From: Sminthopsis crassicaudata
Taxonomy: Eukaryota
DNA: 64,000 nt
Assembly: GCF_048593235.1 (NCBI RefSeq)
Contig: NC_133617.1
Coordinates: 612,726,958-612,790,957, forward strand
Reading direction: 5' to 3'
Positions 12,641-25,704 of this stretch are shown here, piece after piece (positions within the stretch are counted from its first letter, which is position 1; each line of letters begins with the position of its first letter). The position numbers and the translations under genes were made by a program. The notes under the pieces are model-generated. The model was not told where the DNA came from and made no database searches. It saw only the letters and a list, made by a program, of their open reading frames with translations.

Positions 12641-13520
12641 TTCTTCTAGCCTGCTTCCTGACTTTTTACTTCTTGTTAAGGCTGGGCTTTATGGTACTTT
12701 TAGAGGAAAGAACTGGAGTAATATTGCTGCTACTTTTGGGGATATTGAGATTGTATTATTCCAGGATCTCAGGAACTGTCTGGGGAAATCTAAGCTTTTA
12801 GTGCTTTCAAAGTGTTTTGATCCAAAGTAAAGTATGGATTGCTGGTCTGAGTTCTGTAAATTCCTAACCTGGGTTTGAGTCTGAAGAAAAATAAATGCTG
12901 GTGGTTACCTCTATCAGCTAACTGGAAAGCTCTGTTGGTTCAGACTGATAGAATTGTAGAGTTCCTTTGTTCTGCAATCATTTGTTCTGGGTGCCACCTT
13001 GATTATTTCTTTGCAGGCTGGACTAGATTCTGGAAATCTTGTTCTATGCTTGAAGTTTGAGCTACACCATTGCTTCTACTGGATTCTGAACTTTCTCCTT
13101 TCCTTGCTCTTTTCCCCTTTCTTTCTTTGATCAGGTTCTCCCTACCCAAGAACTTTATATCTAGGAACAGATCCTCTTCTCCGTCTACCTTGGACCTATG
13201 AGTAAGAACTGAGAGATGAATAACAGATTTGCCAATTCATATTTGTTTCTGTCATAATGACCAAAATGTCTGGTGGTGTGCTGATGTAAGTCTGGGAGGG
13301 TTGTTTTGTCCTAGTGCACAGCTGTATTACTTATATATGGCATACTCCTGATTAGACTGGGTTCCTAGTTTAGACACATTTCACTGTGTGTATTTCTATT
13401 GGGCAGATAACTTATTGAGGTTTTTGTTTGTTTTAATTTCCCCACCATGATTTTTTTTTCCAGTGGATTTAAAAAATCTTTAAGGAAGATGCAGTGAAAG
13501 AGAACTCATTGAATTGCTTT
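11120..13520 (-). mobile_element. Old L1/HAL1-like element (ORF1 and 5' region), antisense
   Basis: Degenerate T-rich ORF1-type sequence such as 'tgatattcccaataattttcttttaagaataactagtgactttctatttcc'. It carries a CT-rich tract at about 11440-11630 and resembles 53945-54960 and 62380-64000. Confidence 0.65.
12591..12636. repeat. (TG)23 microsatellite
   Basis: Perfect dinucleotide run. Confidence 0.98.
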
Positions 13521-13761
13521 CTATCATTTTGCCATCTTGACTTAATCTTGACCCTTTTTACAATTTGCTAGATCCCAATTAATGCAAATAATGAATTCTT
13601 GTGATTTGGTCACATGTATTTCAATTCTCACTATTTAAAGTTAATAATTATTTAGAAAATGACAATTTTCCCAGCACAATGGAAATGTACATGGTGAATT
13701 TGGATATTTTGATCCCTTTATGAGTTTGGTTATTTTCAATAAAGCAGACCTAGTTCTATTT

Positions 13762-13962
13762 TTTAAAAAAAATTATTTATTTTGTTCTGAACTTTAGCAG
13801 TAATAGAAAAAAAGATGATTGTAGATTAAACTGCAAATTCCTTTTAACTTGCTATTCCTTTTAAATATATAATAAAGTTTTATGTAACTTTCTTTTTTCC
13901 CCTTTTTTCTCCCTTCCCTCTTTCTCCCCCCTGACATAGAGAAAGTTACTATTAGGTATAAA

Positions 13963-14000
<38 letters not shown>

Positions 14001-14324
14001 CATCCTATATGTAAATCTACTTATCAGTTCTTTCTCTGGATACAGATAGCATTTTCCTTTATATGATTATGACCAAACAGGATATATACTAGCAATGCAA
14101 GGATGACATAACATAAGCAAAACTATTAACATATCTGATAATATCAATAATAATTTTTTTAAAAATCATGATTATATTAAGAAACCTTTTGATAAAATAA
14201 AACACTCATTTCTATTAAAAACACTTGAAAGTATTGATATAAATGGATTTTTCCTTAAATTGATAAAATAAATTTACCTAAAACTATCAGCAAATATTGT
14301 ATGTAATGGGGATAAGCTAGGACT
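13762..14324 (-). mobile_element. L1 with 5' inversion: antisense 3'UTR (13762-~14060) joined to sense ORF2 RT segment (~14060-14324)
   Basis: Flanks ctagttctattt (13750-13761) and ctagatctattt (14325-14336) form a TSD-like pair. The right part 'attatgaccaaacagga...aatgcaaggatg...ttgataaaata' is sense ORF2. Confidence 0.7.
13965..13994. repeat. (TG)15 microsatellite within L1 3'UTR
   Basis: Perfect dinucleotide run. Confidence 0.95.
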
Positions 14325-16096
14325 CTAGATCTATTTCAGTGAGCCTTAGTCATGTTTATGGCCTATTGATAATAGCTTTATACAGGAGCAGACTAGCATG
14401 CTTTGATATTACATATAACATTTCCTCTTACAATACATCAGTCAATGAATAATATATCATAACAGCCGACAGAATGAATAATGAAATGGAGGAGATACAT
14501 ATTGCCTTGTCAGTTATATGAATATCTTCCAGGGTCTATTTAAATCTTGTTCATAGGTAAAAGTGAATTGATTTCTCTGTAATTCCATGTACTCTTTCAA
14601 GGAGACTTTCTACCTAGAGGGGCCATGAAGTGGGATGTTCTTTTTTCCCAGGGAGAGATTATCAGACTAGAATTATATCTATATGCCTTTTAAAATATTG
14701 TTAATCTAGAAAAAAAATTTAGCTTAAAACTACTTTTTCTAGTCACTTTCTATTAATGGGGAAAGGAATGTCCCAAGCTTTATTCAAAGGCTTCCCTCCC
14801 TCCGCCATGGAATACACTTAAACAAAGACCATCACAATTACAAATAATAAATATATCCATTTAAAAGAACTGATAGCAAATAGAACTCAAGAAAAATTAT
14901 ACCACAGAATATACATAAGGAATTAGCTCTTCCATTATGAGAGAGATATTTAGGCACAACTGAAAGACTCCTAAATCACATTCAAGGGGAAATTCCCAGA
15001 GGTCTCTAGTATGACAAGTTGGAAATAGGCATATATTGAAAGTGTCTGCTCATTGACATGCTGGATTCTATCTGTAGTCTTTCTTTCCCTCTCCAGGGAT
15101 TTTTCCATAAAGAGAGCTTCAAATTGTAGGTATTGTTTCCCCCCAATTTTTTTTTAATTAGGAAAAAATAATTTTTTCTTCAGCCTGTACCATTTCTGTC
15201 CCACCAATCAGGGAAGATCAGGTAATCATTCTCTACATGTAGAAGACAGTCTTACACAAATGCCCAGCTTGAAACCTGGATAATAAAATCATTTCATGAA
15301 TAGCTATTAGTATACAATTCTTCAAACTCCATGAAATTCTTCTCAGCAAAGAATTAATTTAGAATCAAGAATGCCAGAAAAGATATATGATGATTCTTCA
15401 ATCACCCAAAAGAGTTTAACATCAGTTTCTACAAGATATTCATATTTATAAAATTGGTCCTCAGGTAGAAACTACAGACTTTGGATCATACTAGAGTGTG
15501 AAGTTCAAGATCTAGTCCATTCTGAAACTCAAGAGAGTTGTATTTTCCCTAGTCTTAGATGTCTGGTTGCTGATTCCTGCTTTGAACTAGCTCATTATAG
15601 GACAGGATGAGTAACCTCAGCAGGCAGTTTGACAAGGAACAGTTCTGTTATTATCGTGCTCTTCCTTTTCTCTCTGACTTTGAGTTTAAGCTAGTTGCTT
15701 TCTGACATCCCTCCATCTCTTTCCTCTATTCCTGTTGCTGTCCTGAGCCAAATTCTTGGTATCTCATTCAACAAGGTAAGGGAAAAGCAGATACAGAGAG
15801 GAGACACCTATTTCCTACAGCTAATATTCAGTTCTACACATGCTTATTTGTTTATGTTTTTTTCCTCTTTAAAGTCTCAGTTACTTTGCATCCATGGTAG
15901 CACAAATTAAATTTATTCAAATGAAATGAAATGGGAGGAAATTAAAAAAAAAACTGTTTATGTTCCTATGATTTCTCCTAAGATTATACTTCTTGAATTA
16001 CAAGTTAAAAACTTTTTATGTGTTCACTTATATTGATATATTGATCCTCCCCCCCCCTTTTTTTAAGCATTTATTAAGCATCTATTATGTGTTAGG

Positions 16097-16320
16097 CTTG
16101 GTTGGTTGATTGGTTGTTGTCCTTTGTTCTCAAGGAAGACCAAAATGACATCACTGTCTTAGAGTCAATTAATATGTGTCCAACTGTGACTGAGCAGAAC
16201 AATTCAAGCTTCGAATGCTCTACACAGGTCAGACACAAATAGTCCATGTAAACATTTGGGGTGGATTCTCTAAGTTTGCATATTTCATATTTCTTTTGAG
16301 TTTCTTTTATTCTGTACTTT
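16097..16320. mobile_element. RTE-related SINE (RTESINE/WALLSI-like), partial
   Basis: 'ggttgttgtcctttgttctcaaggaagaccaaaatgacatcac...gaatgctctacacaggtcagacacaaatagtccatgtaaacatttggggtggattctc' matches a recalled marsupial consensus. Confidence 0.55.
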
Positions 16321-16464
16321 ACATACATTATATTATTGGATCCTCATAACAATGCTGTAAAATAGATGCTATTATTATCCCCATTTTACCACTGAGAAAA
16401 TTGAGACAAAGTTAAAGGCCTTGCCCAAAGTTACACAACTATTAAGTGTCTGAGGTAAGATTTC

Positions 16465-17423
16465 TTTCTTTCTTTCCTTTTTAATTAAAGCTTTTTATTT
16501 ACAAAGCATATGCATGGGTAATTTTTCAAACATTGACCCTTGCATAACCTTTTGTTGCAAATTTTTCCTTCCTTGCCCCTACTCCCTCCCCTAGCTGGCA
16601 GGTAGTCCAATACATTTTAAATATGTTGAAATACATGTTAAATCCAATATATGTATACATATTTATACAGTTATTTTGTTGTGCAAGAAAAATCAGATCA
16701 AGAAGGAAGAAAAGGAAAAACTGAGAAAGAAAACACAATGCAAGCAAATAACAACAGAGAGAATGAGAATGCTATGTTGTGGTCCACACTGTTCCCACAA
16801 TTCTCTCTCTGAGTGTAGATGGCTCTCTTCATCACTGAACAAGTGGAACTGTTTGAGTCATCTCAATATTGAAGAGAGTCACGTCCATCAGAATTGATCG
16901 TTGTAAAGTCTTCTTGTTACTGTGTATAATGATCTCTTGGTTCTGCTCGTTTCACTTAGCATCAGTTCATGTCTCTCCAAGCCTCTCTAAGATCATCCTG
17001 CTGGTCATTTCTAACAGAACAATAATATTCCATAACATTCATATCCTATGATTTATTCAGCCATTCCCCAATTGATGGACACCCGTTCAATTTCCAGTTT
17101 CTTGCCACTACAAAGAGGGCTTCCACAAACATTTTTGCACATCTTTAAGATCTCTTTGGGATATAAACCCAGTAGAAACACTGCTAGATCAAAGGGTATG
17201 CACAGTTTGACAACTTTTTGAGCATAGTTCCTGATTGCGCTTCAGAATGGCCGGATTCTTTCACAACTCCACCAGTAATGTATCAGAGTCTCAGTTTTCC
17301 TACATCCCCTCCAACATTCGTCATTATTTTTTCCTGTCATTTTAGTCATTGTGAGAGGTATATAGTGATATCTCCGAGTTGTCTTAATTTGCATTTCTTT
17401 GATCAATAATGATTTGGAACACT
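16465..17423 (-). mobile_element. 5'-truncated L1 with diverged TSD
   Basis: L1 3'UTR plus ORF2 end. Flanks gaggtaagatttc (16452-16464) and aaggtcagatttc (17424-17436). Confidence 0.9.
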
Positions 17424-18039
17424 AAGGTCAGATTTCAATACTGATGTTCAGCACTCTATCCATTAATCAGGAAGAAAGAAAGGTCCCAAAATAAAAGCAT
17501 GACCATAAGATATTTTACCAATGCCATTGCCATTCTATACAATTTATGCTACAGTTTAAAAAATAGCAATATTTACAAACATTTGCATGAAACTACATTT
17601 TATAAAGAATTCCATTCTAAATTTTATTGAAAGACTTTTTTTTAAAATTATATAGACCCTCACTTTCCCTAGAAAAAGTTATCCATTTTGTGGTAGAAAG
17701 ACTTCCTTCTATAAGGGATTTCAATAATTGCCTAATTGATTCCTCCCAGAACTTTTGAACAGGTTGTCAGAAATTTTTCTTATATTTTACCTATTAACAA
17801 ATTCCATCTATTTCTCCTATTTCTGCTTTCTGGGGCAATTTTTTTCAATCTATCTTTCAGATGACAGTCCTTCAAATATTTGAAGATAGCAATTATAGCA
17901 ACCTCTAAGTCTTCTTGTCTTTAAATTTAAAATTTCCAATTCCTTTCAGTTATTTTTATATGGTATGCAGTATGAACACAAGAAACACAATTCTTTTTAT
18001 AATTATTCCTTAGTTTATATTTTATCAGTACTTTTTTTT

Positions 18040-18245
18040 TAGATTTGGAAATGGAAAAATTATTTTTAATTTTTTTTACAAAAGCTTTTTTTTTAAATAC
18101 AAGCAAAGATAGTTTTTAACATTAATCCTTACAAAATATTGTGTTTCAATTTTTTTCTTTTTCCCTCCTCTCTTCCTTCCTCCCCTAGATAACAAGTAAT
18201 ACAATAAGGTTAAAAATGTGTAATTCTTCTAAAAATATTTGCACA
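18040..18245 (-). mobile_element. L1 3'UTR terminal fragment
   Basis: T-rich tail followed by 'agatagtttttaacattaatccttacaaaatattgtgtttcaat...cccctagataacaagtaatac'. Confidence 0.7.
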
Positions 18246-18503
18246 ATCAATATTTGTGTGCTTCAAATAGGGACCGATCTAGACGTTTTTAATTCCATGA
18301 TTATAGGGAAGAAGTCCAAGGTTCTTGAGAAAATGTCAGTTGAAAAATTCACACAAAAAAGAAAACCTGAGTAGTTGATTTTTATTGTTATTATTTTAAA
18401 ATTAAAACATAGTAGCTTAGACTCTTAGAGATGAAAACGACCTTTGAAGTTTTCTGACCAATGGTTTTTGAAAAAGAATTTCCCACCCCCTCCTCTAGCA
18501 TAC

Positions 18504-18623
18504 CTGAAAAATGACTTTTAATAAGGGGAAAGCTGCCCATTTTAGTTTGGAATTCTTTTAGGTCACAGGAAAGTCTGTCTACATCTTTGGTGCTTCTACA
18601 AACTGTACGGTGTTCTTTACCCT
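18504..18623 (-). other. Candidate minus-strand exon (120 nt, phase 1-1, GKEHRTVCRSTKDVDRLSCDLKEFQTKMGSFPLIKSHFS)
   Basis: Acceptor ttttggttgactccag|A and donor CAG|gtatgc. One open frame in non-repetitive sequence. Confidence 0.2.
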
Positions 18624-19129
18624 CTGGAGTCAACCAAAACTAGTGAAACTCTCAGGGAAAGCACTTCAATTATTTGAGAAGAACTTTCATGTTTCCCTTG
18701 GTCTTTTTACTAGACTAACAAACTCAATTTCTTCAGAAGATTTTCATCTCACAGAATCTTCATTCTAGTTGCCGTCTAGATGTTCTCTAAACTTATTTCT
18801 TGTCTTTCATGAAATGTGGCTTAGCCCTGAAATCAATGCTCCATATATGTTCTGATCATTTCAGAGGATAGTAGAACTATCTTTACTAGTTCTTATCTTC
18901 TATTGATCATCTGTCTATCTTCTATCTATCATTTTCTAGGATTTAGTTTTTTTTTTTTTTTTAATAAATCTTATACCAAACGATACAAGCAATCCTCCAC
19001 AAACTACAGGGGAAACCATTTATGTCACTAGACAGAATTTTAAAAAAATTAATGTTAAATATAATGTATATCCAGTACACCAATATTTAAAAAAATGTCT
19101 CTTCCATGGATCTTCATTCATTCATTCAT

Positions 19130-19315
19130 TCAGTGTGATGCAGTGCAGCTGAAGTCTGAAGATCTGGAAATAAACCACACCTTTGATTCTTGCTTCTAGT
19201 CAGTCATTGGGCAAATCAATCAACTTTTCTGGGACTTATAGTTTCTCATCTATAAAATCAACAGATTGCATTACATGATATCCAGTGACTTCCCACTCTA
19301 AATCTATGATCTTTT
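19130..19315 (+). mobile_element. MIR SINE
   Basis: 'ctgaagtctgaagatctgg...cagtcattgggcaaatcaatcaac...gtttctcatctataaaat...actctaaatctatgatc'. Confidence 0.65.
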
Positions 19316-19469
19316 GAGTCTATGATATTCATAACTTTGAATTAATGAATATTAATTTAATAGTTTCAGGGAGTTGCTCATAATAACCAGTTCTCAAGCA
19401 GAATTTTTTTACAAAATAATTGTCAGAGCCAAGAAGAAAAGTTTATACATATATACATGCACATACACA

Positions 19470-20040
19470 CATATGTAATATTTTTATTTTCCATGTAGAA
19501 GATGAAACATGTAGAACAGTTTTTTACATTTGTTTTTAAAAGTCTGAGATCCGGATTCTCTACCTTCCTCATCACCCTACCTCCATTGCGAAGACACATG
19601 TGAAGTTATGCAAAACATTTTAATAAAAGTTATATTGTAAAAGAAAATATAGATCTCCCCCAATCTCCTATGGAAAAAAAATATTCTTCCATCTGTATTC
19701 AGGCACAATCATTTCTTTCTTTGGGTATAGATAGTATTTTTCATCATATGTTCTTCAGAGTAGTCTTGTATCATTGTATTGCTGAAAATAGCAGTCATCC
19801 ACAACTGATCATTGCACAACATTGATTACTTTGTACACATTTCACTTTATTTGACAACATAGAGGACTTTATGGGTTTTTCTGAGAGCATCCTGCTCATC
19901 ATTTCTTGTAGATAATAATCTACATAATCATCATCATTACATATCACAATTAATTCAATCATTCCCCAATTGATGAACATCTCCTTATTTTCCAATATTT
20001 TCCTCTAAGAAAAGAGCTGCTATAAATATTTTTTGTATAT
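19470..20040 (-). mobile_element. Older L1 3' end
   Basis: 'gttatgcaaaacattt...tcattgtattgctgaaaatagc...aattcaatcattccccaattgatgaacatc...aaaagagctgctataaatattt'. Confidence 0.8.
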
Positions 20041-22291
20041 ACAGTTAGGAAAGTAATATTTCAAAGAACTAACCTAAGAATAACTTGATTAAGTTATAAT
20101 AATAAGACTTAAGAATAACTTTATTAAGTAATACTTAATTTTTATTCCTTGGTTCCTAGGTTTTGTACACCTAGTAGTGAGTTTTGAATTTATAAAGCCT
20201 GGTCCATAATATGTACTTAATTAATTTCTACCTTTTTAATGATTTTAATTTTATTTTAATTTTAATTTATTTTTAATGATAAATTTAATATGAGCAATAA
20301 AATCTCAGGTTTATATCTCTTTTAAATATGGACTGGTCATAATTCAACATATATTTTCAAAATGCTTTGGCTAGATATGTTTAATGCTCCACTATACAGA
20401 CAAAACCTTTGCAGTGATTGGAAAATCCTGTATTTTCTGTCTGTCCTAATAGTGTGAACCTGTTGCCAGTATAAATCAAGACTTTCTTTTCCCATTTATC
20501 CTGACTTCTAATTATCTGTAAGTTAGTTTCACTCTTAACATATAAGTAAATGGGCAAAGGAAAGAGAAAGAAAACCAAGACTTATTGATTTTTGGAACAT
20601 TTAAGAGGAAACTAAGTTTGGAGGAAAAATGCAAAGCTTGTAAGAAACCCATTCTGATGATTATAGTTTATGCATAAAAAACAGGCAAAAATGCTGACTG
20701 TGAGATACCACCCAGGCAGTTTTCAATGGACCTTAAAATGGTAGGTGAGCAATTTTTTCACATTTTGAGATATATTTTTCTAAGGAAAACACACTGAACA
20801 TCCTCAAATCTGCTCTCTAATCTGAAAATTATATATTATTTTTTCCTAGGCAAAAAAAGGTATCCCAAAGGAAATTTGCATGATACTTTATAGATGAAAA
20901 AAAGGATGCCTGAGTAACTGAGCTCATTATACAATGAGGAGAGAAATAGAAGATGGGGGAGAGAGACTGCTGTGGTGGTTGTCTCTGTGGATGGGGGGAA
21001 CATAATGGAGCTGAACGAAAGTCAATGACAAAATACTGCACCAAACCAGACAGAACTTCCTTTATTTTGGCTTACTTCATGAGTTACAGTTTTAGTGGAG
21101 CTTCATTACTTGATTCTGGTTAAAATTGTATACAATTAAAATTATTTGCTAGTTTCATTTTGAATATACCATAGTCCTCTGATACATGTCAGTTGCTTTT
21201 TTTCTTCAGAAAATCAGAGATCCTTTAAATATATGGTAATTGAATTTTGCTTTTCTCAAATATATCTGCTGACTCCCCAGCAACTTGTTTGTTTCTGCCT
21301 ATATACTTTTGCACTCAGTAGTACTCCGCCTATTTGAACTGAATGACTTTCCTACCTTGCTGTCATTCCAGATTTTTCTCTTTCTTCAAATTCCTATTCA
21401 CAACCAATTTCTTCCAGGAGGAGTTCTGTTTTTAGTTATGACTGTACTCCAAATTGATTTAATATATAATTGCCAATTTGTACTTTAATGTTGGAAATTG
21501 TTTGGATGTTACCTAAGTGAAGAAGAAATCATTTTTGAGTATGTGAATGTGTTTTCTGTTTTTCTGATTTTATTTTTGTATTTTGATAATATTTTGTTTC
21601 CAAAAACAAGGATTTTATCTTGTATTTTGTTTTTGTGGTGTCTTGGAATCCCTCTTATTTTCTTATTTTCCATTGTTATACTCACATTATCCACTTTGGT
21701 TTGCCCATAAACCCCTGAGTAAGCTTTATTTCCTCTTGATATTCCATTTCAGAGGTGCGTGGCTTTTAGTTCCTTATTACCCTTGCTACTCTAGGAGAAA
21801 ATTGGAGTGATGACATACTACTACTTACTCAGGAATTAGTAGTGAGATATATTTTCTTTTCTTTTGAAAAGATATGAAATTGCATTTCTATTATGTATGG
21901 CATATTTTAAAAATATAATAATTTCAGCACATTGGTTTCAAAGCTATTCTTCTCTTTGAATTACCTTCTTTTCTATGCATTTAAAATGCTTTAATGATTT
22001 TTTTCCCTCCTTTTTGCTTTATTATCACTAGATTCTTGTCTCCCCAAAAACCCTTCCTTTGTAACATATATAGTCAAGTAAACCACAAAAAATACACTGA
22101 TTGTCAATGTCTGAAATAATATGTCTCAATCATTTAGTCCATCTTTCTATTAAGGAGTGGTAACCTGCTTTATTATAGGTCTGTCTATATTGCTATCAAG
22201 GCAGTATTTAATAGTGAATCATAAATAAAGTAGAAATTCAATACAAGATTCCAATTGCATCTGAACTCAGATATCCATCTCCATTCTCCAG

Positions 22292-22335
22292 ATATAGAGA
22301 ACAAGATGAGGTTCTTTAAAGAGTCTTGCTCTGAG
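22292..22335 (+). CDS. Candidate coding exon (44 nt, (D)IENKMRFFKESCSE) of an unidentified plus-strand gene
   Basis: Acceptor atatccatctccattctccag|A and donor GAG|gtaaga are both near consensus. Only one frame is open (phase 1->0). The sequence is not repetitive. Confidence 0.4.
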
Positions 22336-22689
22336 GTAAGATGGGATTTTATTTTATGGCTTGTAAATAAAATTAATTTTTAAAAAACTTTTAAAATTTA
22401 TTTTTTTAAACTCTGAAGACTGGAAGAAATTTTGAGAAATTGAGAATAAGTTTTAAATTTACTTTATAATGAAAATTTTGTACTTGCATCACGAATCTTA
22501 AGTTGGAGGCATAATACCTAAAACTCATTTTTCTTAATTATATATACCCCCTTAATTTGTTGTTGCTGTTTAATGCTAAAGACTAAATGACATATTTTTT
22601 GACTGTGTTAAAGAAAGATGCATCTGGAAGAGCAGGTTCCATAAAAAATACATAATATTCCTTTGTTTATATGCTGTGTGTTTTAAGTG

Positions 22690-22995
22690 TCATCTCTTTT
22701 TAATTGAAACTTTACTGTTTTTTGGTTATTGATTGTTTTCTTTTTCTTTTTTTTTTCTTACTTTCCTCCCTTTTTTGATCTGATTTATCTTGTGCAGCAT
22801 GATAAATGTGGAAATATATGTAGAAGAATTGCACCTGTTTAATACATTGAATTGCTTGCTGTCTAGGTGAGGGAGTTAAGCGGAAGGAAGGAAAGATTTT
22901 GAACACAAGGATTTGCAAAAATGAATGTTGAAAACTATTTTTGCATGTATTTTGAAAAAAAGCTGTTATAAAAAGATATGAAAAAAAGAAAAAAG
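22690..22995 (+). mobile_element. L1 3'UTR fragment (sense) with A-rich tail
   Basis: 'tttcttgtgcagc'-type L1 3'UTR ending 'gaatgttgaaaactatttttgcatgtattttgaaaaaaag...aaaaaaagaaaaaa'. Confidence 0.8.
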
Positions 22996-24189
22996 CATCA
23001 TGGCTCGATATTTTAAATATTAATCTTCTAGAAGAGGGCAATATTAGTAACATTGTTGATATATACTTGTTAAGTTTTCTTCTGTGCACTTATGAGTCTT
23101 GTGAATGTTTGGCATTCCTTTTGTGTGTAGGAAATAATTATCTGTCTCATACCTACATCATATAATATATTAAGTACTTTTCTTCTTCCTCTTTTGAAAG
23201 ACTCCAGACTTAAATCTAACTTAAGATTTTATGTAATTTCCCTCGAACAACAATGTGGGAGTTTAGTGAGCCAGAGTATGAATAAAGGATGCTAATCCTT
23301 CTCATTAAAAGCCAGATTTCTCCAGAACTGAAACCAGTGTCATACCAACCTAAATCCAGAGCAGAAAGGGCCCTTCATGGAAAGAGAGGTCTCAGATCCC
23401 AGCCCTTTGGTTCTATGGAAGAACTTTTCTATTTTTTAGCCAGCAGCAAGGAATTTTGATAATTGCTCCTTTAAGAAATGAACCTGATGCTGAAAAAGAA
23501 TCAATGAAATATATATACACATATATACATATATATGTATATATATGTATATATATACATATATACATATAAAGTTGTGATTTCAAATTATCAAAATTTT
23601 GTCCAAATCTTCAAATTTTTCCATGGAATTTTAGAAATCACTCCCAAAGAATCTTATTTCTGAAATTTTTGTTCCTTTTTTAAAAAATGGGAACTATGAG
23701 AACTGATATCAGAAGGAAGGTAAAAGTGAAAAATCATTTTCATTACCTATGAGATTAGACAAAATAAAAAACTTAATAAAGCAAAACTTTAATTTTTGAG
23801 AAAATTTAGGAGAGAAGCACTATCTGCTAAATATTTATTTCCAATTGACATGATCTCTCACTTGTGTTCCAATTCTAAATTTATTCTCCCTATATCTCCA
23901 ATCAAACAATTTGTTTGAAACTAAAAGGCAAGGTAGATATAAGAGAAAAAAAACCCAGCAGATTCATCCTCAACATTCTATATATAAAGAGGTTTCACTT
24001 ATCCCTACAAGTTCCTAAAGTGTTATATTTTTTAATTTCCCAATGGATGAGGAATATAATCATTTTGAGACTTATATAAAATTCTCTTGTTTGAGACTTT
24101 ACCTTTTAATGTCTGCTTCAGCTCTACAGATCTCCTAAAGCTTTTGGGGACAGACACTGAGCACTACTGGCACCAAAGCTGACAGGATT

Positions 24190-24760
24190 CTGTTGAGATG
24201 ATTGATTTCAGGAGCACCACATCAGCTTTGCTCCAAATATATCCACTTCTTTTTCCTTATTCCAACTTCAACCCCAGCTAGTCCTCTTATCTCTACAGAT
24301 GCCTTCATGGTGGTCTTCTGCTTTTAAAACTTTCTGATTCTCAGGAAACATTCAATCAATAAAAGTACTCACTTTGTGGTACTCTGATTCTATGTCCCAA
24401 TGGCCTTTGTACTAATCCTCCACAATTCCTTATAGGTCATTTTCATTTTGTTCAATGATTTTAACACTTCAAAACTGAAGTCTTAATTTTGCCTTCAGAA
24501 AAGTGGATCCTCCTTTTAAACTATTCTGTCTCTGTCTATGACACACCATTGTTTCATTTTCTCAGAACTAAAACCTTGGAATCATCATTGCTTCTTTATT
24601 GTTATCTCCTTTAGACAGTTGTTCATCATGAGCTCTTTTTAATTCAACATTATCAAAGGATAATTCAAAATTCTCATTGATACTATCTCAATAGAGACAA
24701 GGCCTCTATTACTTATCCCACTTTTAAGATAGGGATCTTCTAACTCTCTCAAGAGATGAC
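24190..24760 (+). mobile_element. L2 fragments
   Basis: Pyrimidine-rich L2 body, including 'aaaaccttggaatcatc' and 'gctccaaatatatccacttc'. Confidence 0.45.
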
Positions 24761-24789
24761 AATGGTTGCAATTTGTTATTACAACATGA

Positions 24790-25045
24790 GAGGGTAGGAA
24801 GTTGTGATGGAAAGAGAACTGTTAGGATTAGTATCAACCCTCAAAATAGGTATGTGTCTATGAGCAAGTCATTTTATTTCCCAGACACAATTTTCTTATC
24901 TGTAAAATAGAATGGAGAAGTCACAACTCTGTTTCTCTCAGTTTCCTCATTGAAGAAGTAAATGGCAAACCACTTCTGTAACTTTGCCAATAAAACCCCA
25001 AATGAAGTCACAAAGAATTGGACACAACTGAAGTAACTGAAAAAC
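24790..25045 (+). mobile_element. MAR1-type SINE (MIR core + RTE-derived tail)
   Basis: The tail 'gaagtaaatggcaaaccacttctgtaactttgccaataaaaccccaaatgaagtcacaaagaattggacacaactgaa' is the RTE/BovB-like 3' end. Confidence 0.75.
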
Positions 25046-25704
25046 ATCAAAGTAATAATAGTGTATGCATGTAAGGAGTTCTGTAATTTATATGAAAGCT
25101 TTTGTCCTTCAAAAACTGCTATACAGATGAGAAACACTATTAAATGTTATTTGTTGCCAATACACAAAACAATTTCAGCTGTCAGATTTTTAAGTTTCCT
25201 CTATAAACTGACCTTTTTCTGCCTATTCAACCCTACTTATCCTCCTACACTCCTTCAGATGTTCTCCAATCCACTCAGTCTCTTCTAAGAATACTCCTCA
25301 AGGACCAGGCTCATTCTTATTTCCATATTTTTATCCATATTCTTGTCTTTTTCTTAAACAATCTCCTCCCCCATAGCTAAATGAATTTTTTTTAAAAATT
25401 CATTTTAAGTTTTCCCTTCAACTATGAAAATGTTCACTATCATTTATTAATCCAACACATATTCATTGAGAGTTTAGAAAACTTTGTGCTAGATGACTAA
25501 TCTCCAAAGTGAATCTCACTCTTGTCCCAATGGGTGTGCAAGGTGATCTTTTGGGATTATGGGAAGAAAACATTAGCACCCTTTCCCCATTTAGTTTTAT
25601 TTAAAAACAAAATAATTAAACTTTACAAATGTTTAATACATAGCTTAATATTGAGTCCTTCACTCAGTTTTTATGACAGATAATCTCATATTACATATGA
25701 ATGA

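Larger units (their letters stand above)
16064..17465 (-). mobile_element. MIR-family SINE split into three pieces (16064-16096, 16320-16464, 17424-17465) by two later insertions
   Basis: The pieces 'taagcatttattaagcatctattatgtg', 'attatccccattttacc...aagtgtctgaggtaagattt' and 'ttcagcactctatccatt' are collinear with one SINE. Confidence 0.65.

Noticed and set aside
12547-12830. Cys/Val-rich ORFs (CVCVCV...)
   Set aside because: Translation of the (TG)23 microsatellite.
9667-14511. Shared 12-mer attgccttgtca at about 9667 and 14500
   Set aside because: Too short, and the flanks do not align.
21509-21850. Lys-rich minus-strand ORF with apparent splice sites, and the plus-strand 'GENWSDDILLLTQELV' exon
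   Set aside because: The splice signals near 21795-21845 derive from a MIR fragment, and the minus frame has an in-frame TGA.
23289-23459. 56-aa ORF with an ALH-GKR amidation/dibasic motif resembling a neuropeptide precursor
   Set aside because: No proper signal peptide and poor Kozak/promoter context. A single GKR is expected by chance.
24365-24480. Minus-strand donor AAA|gtgagt
   Set aside because: It sits in L2-derived sequence with no open frame from the available acceptors.
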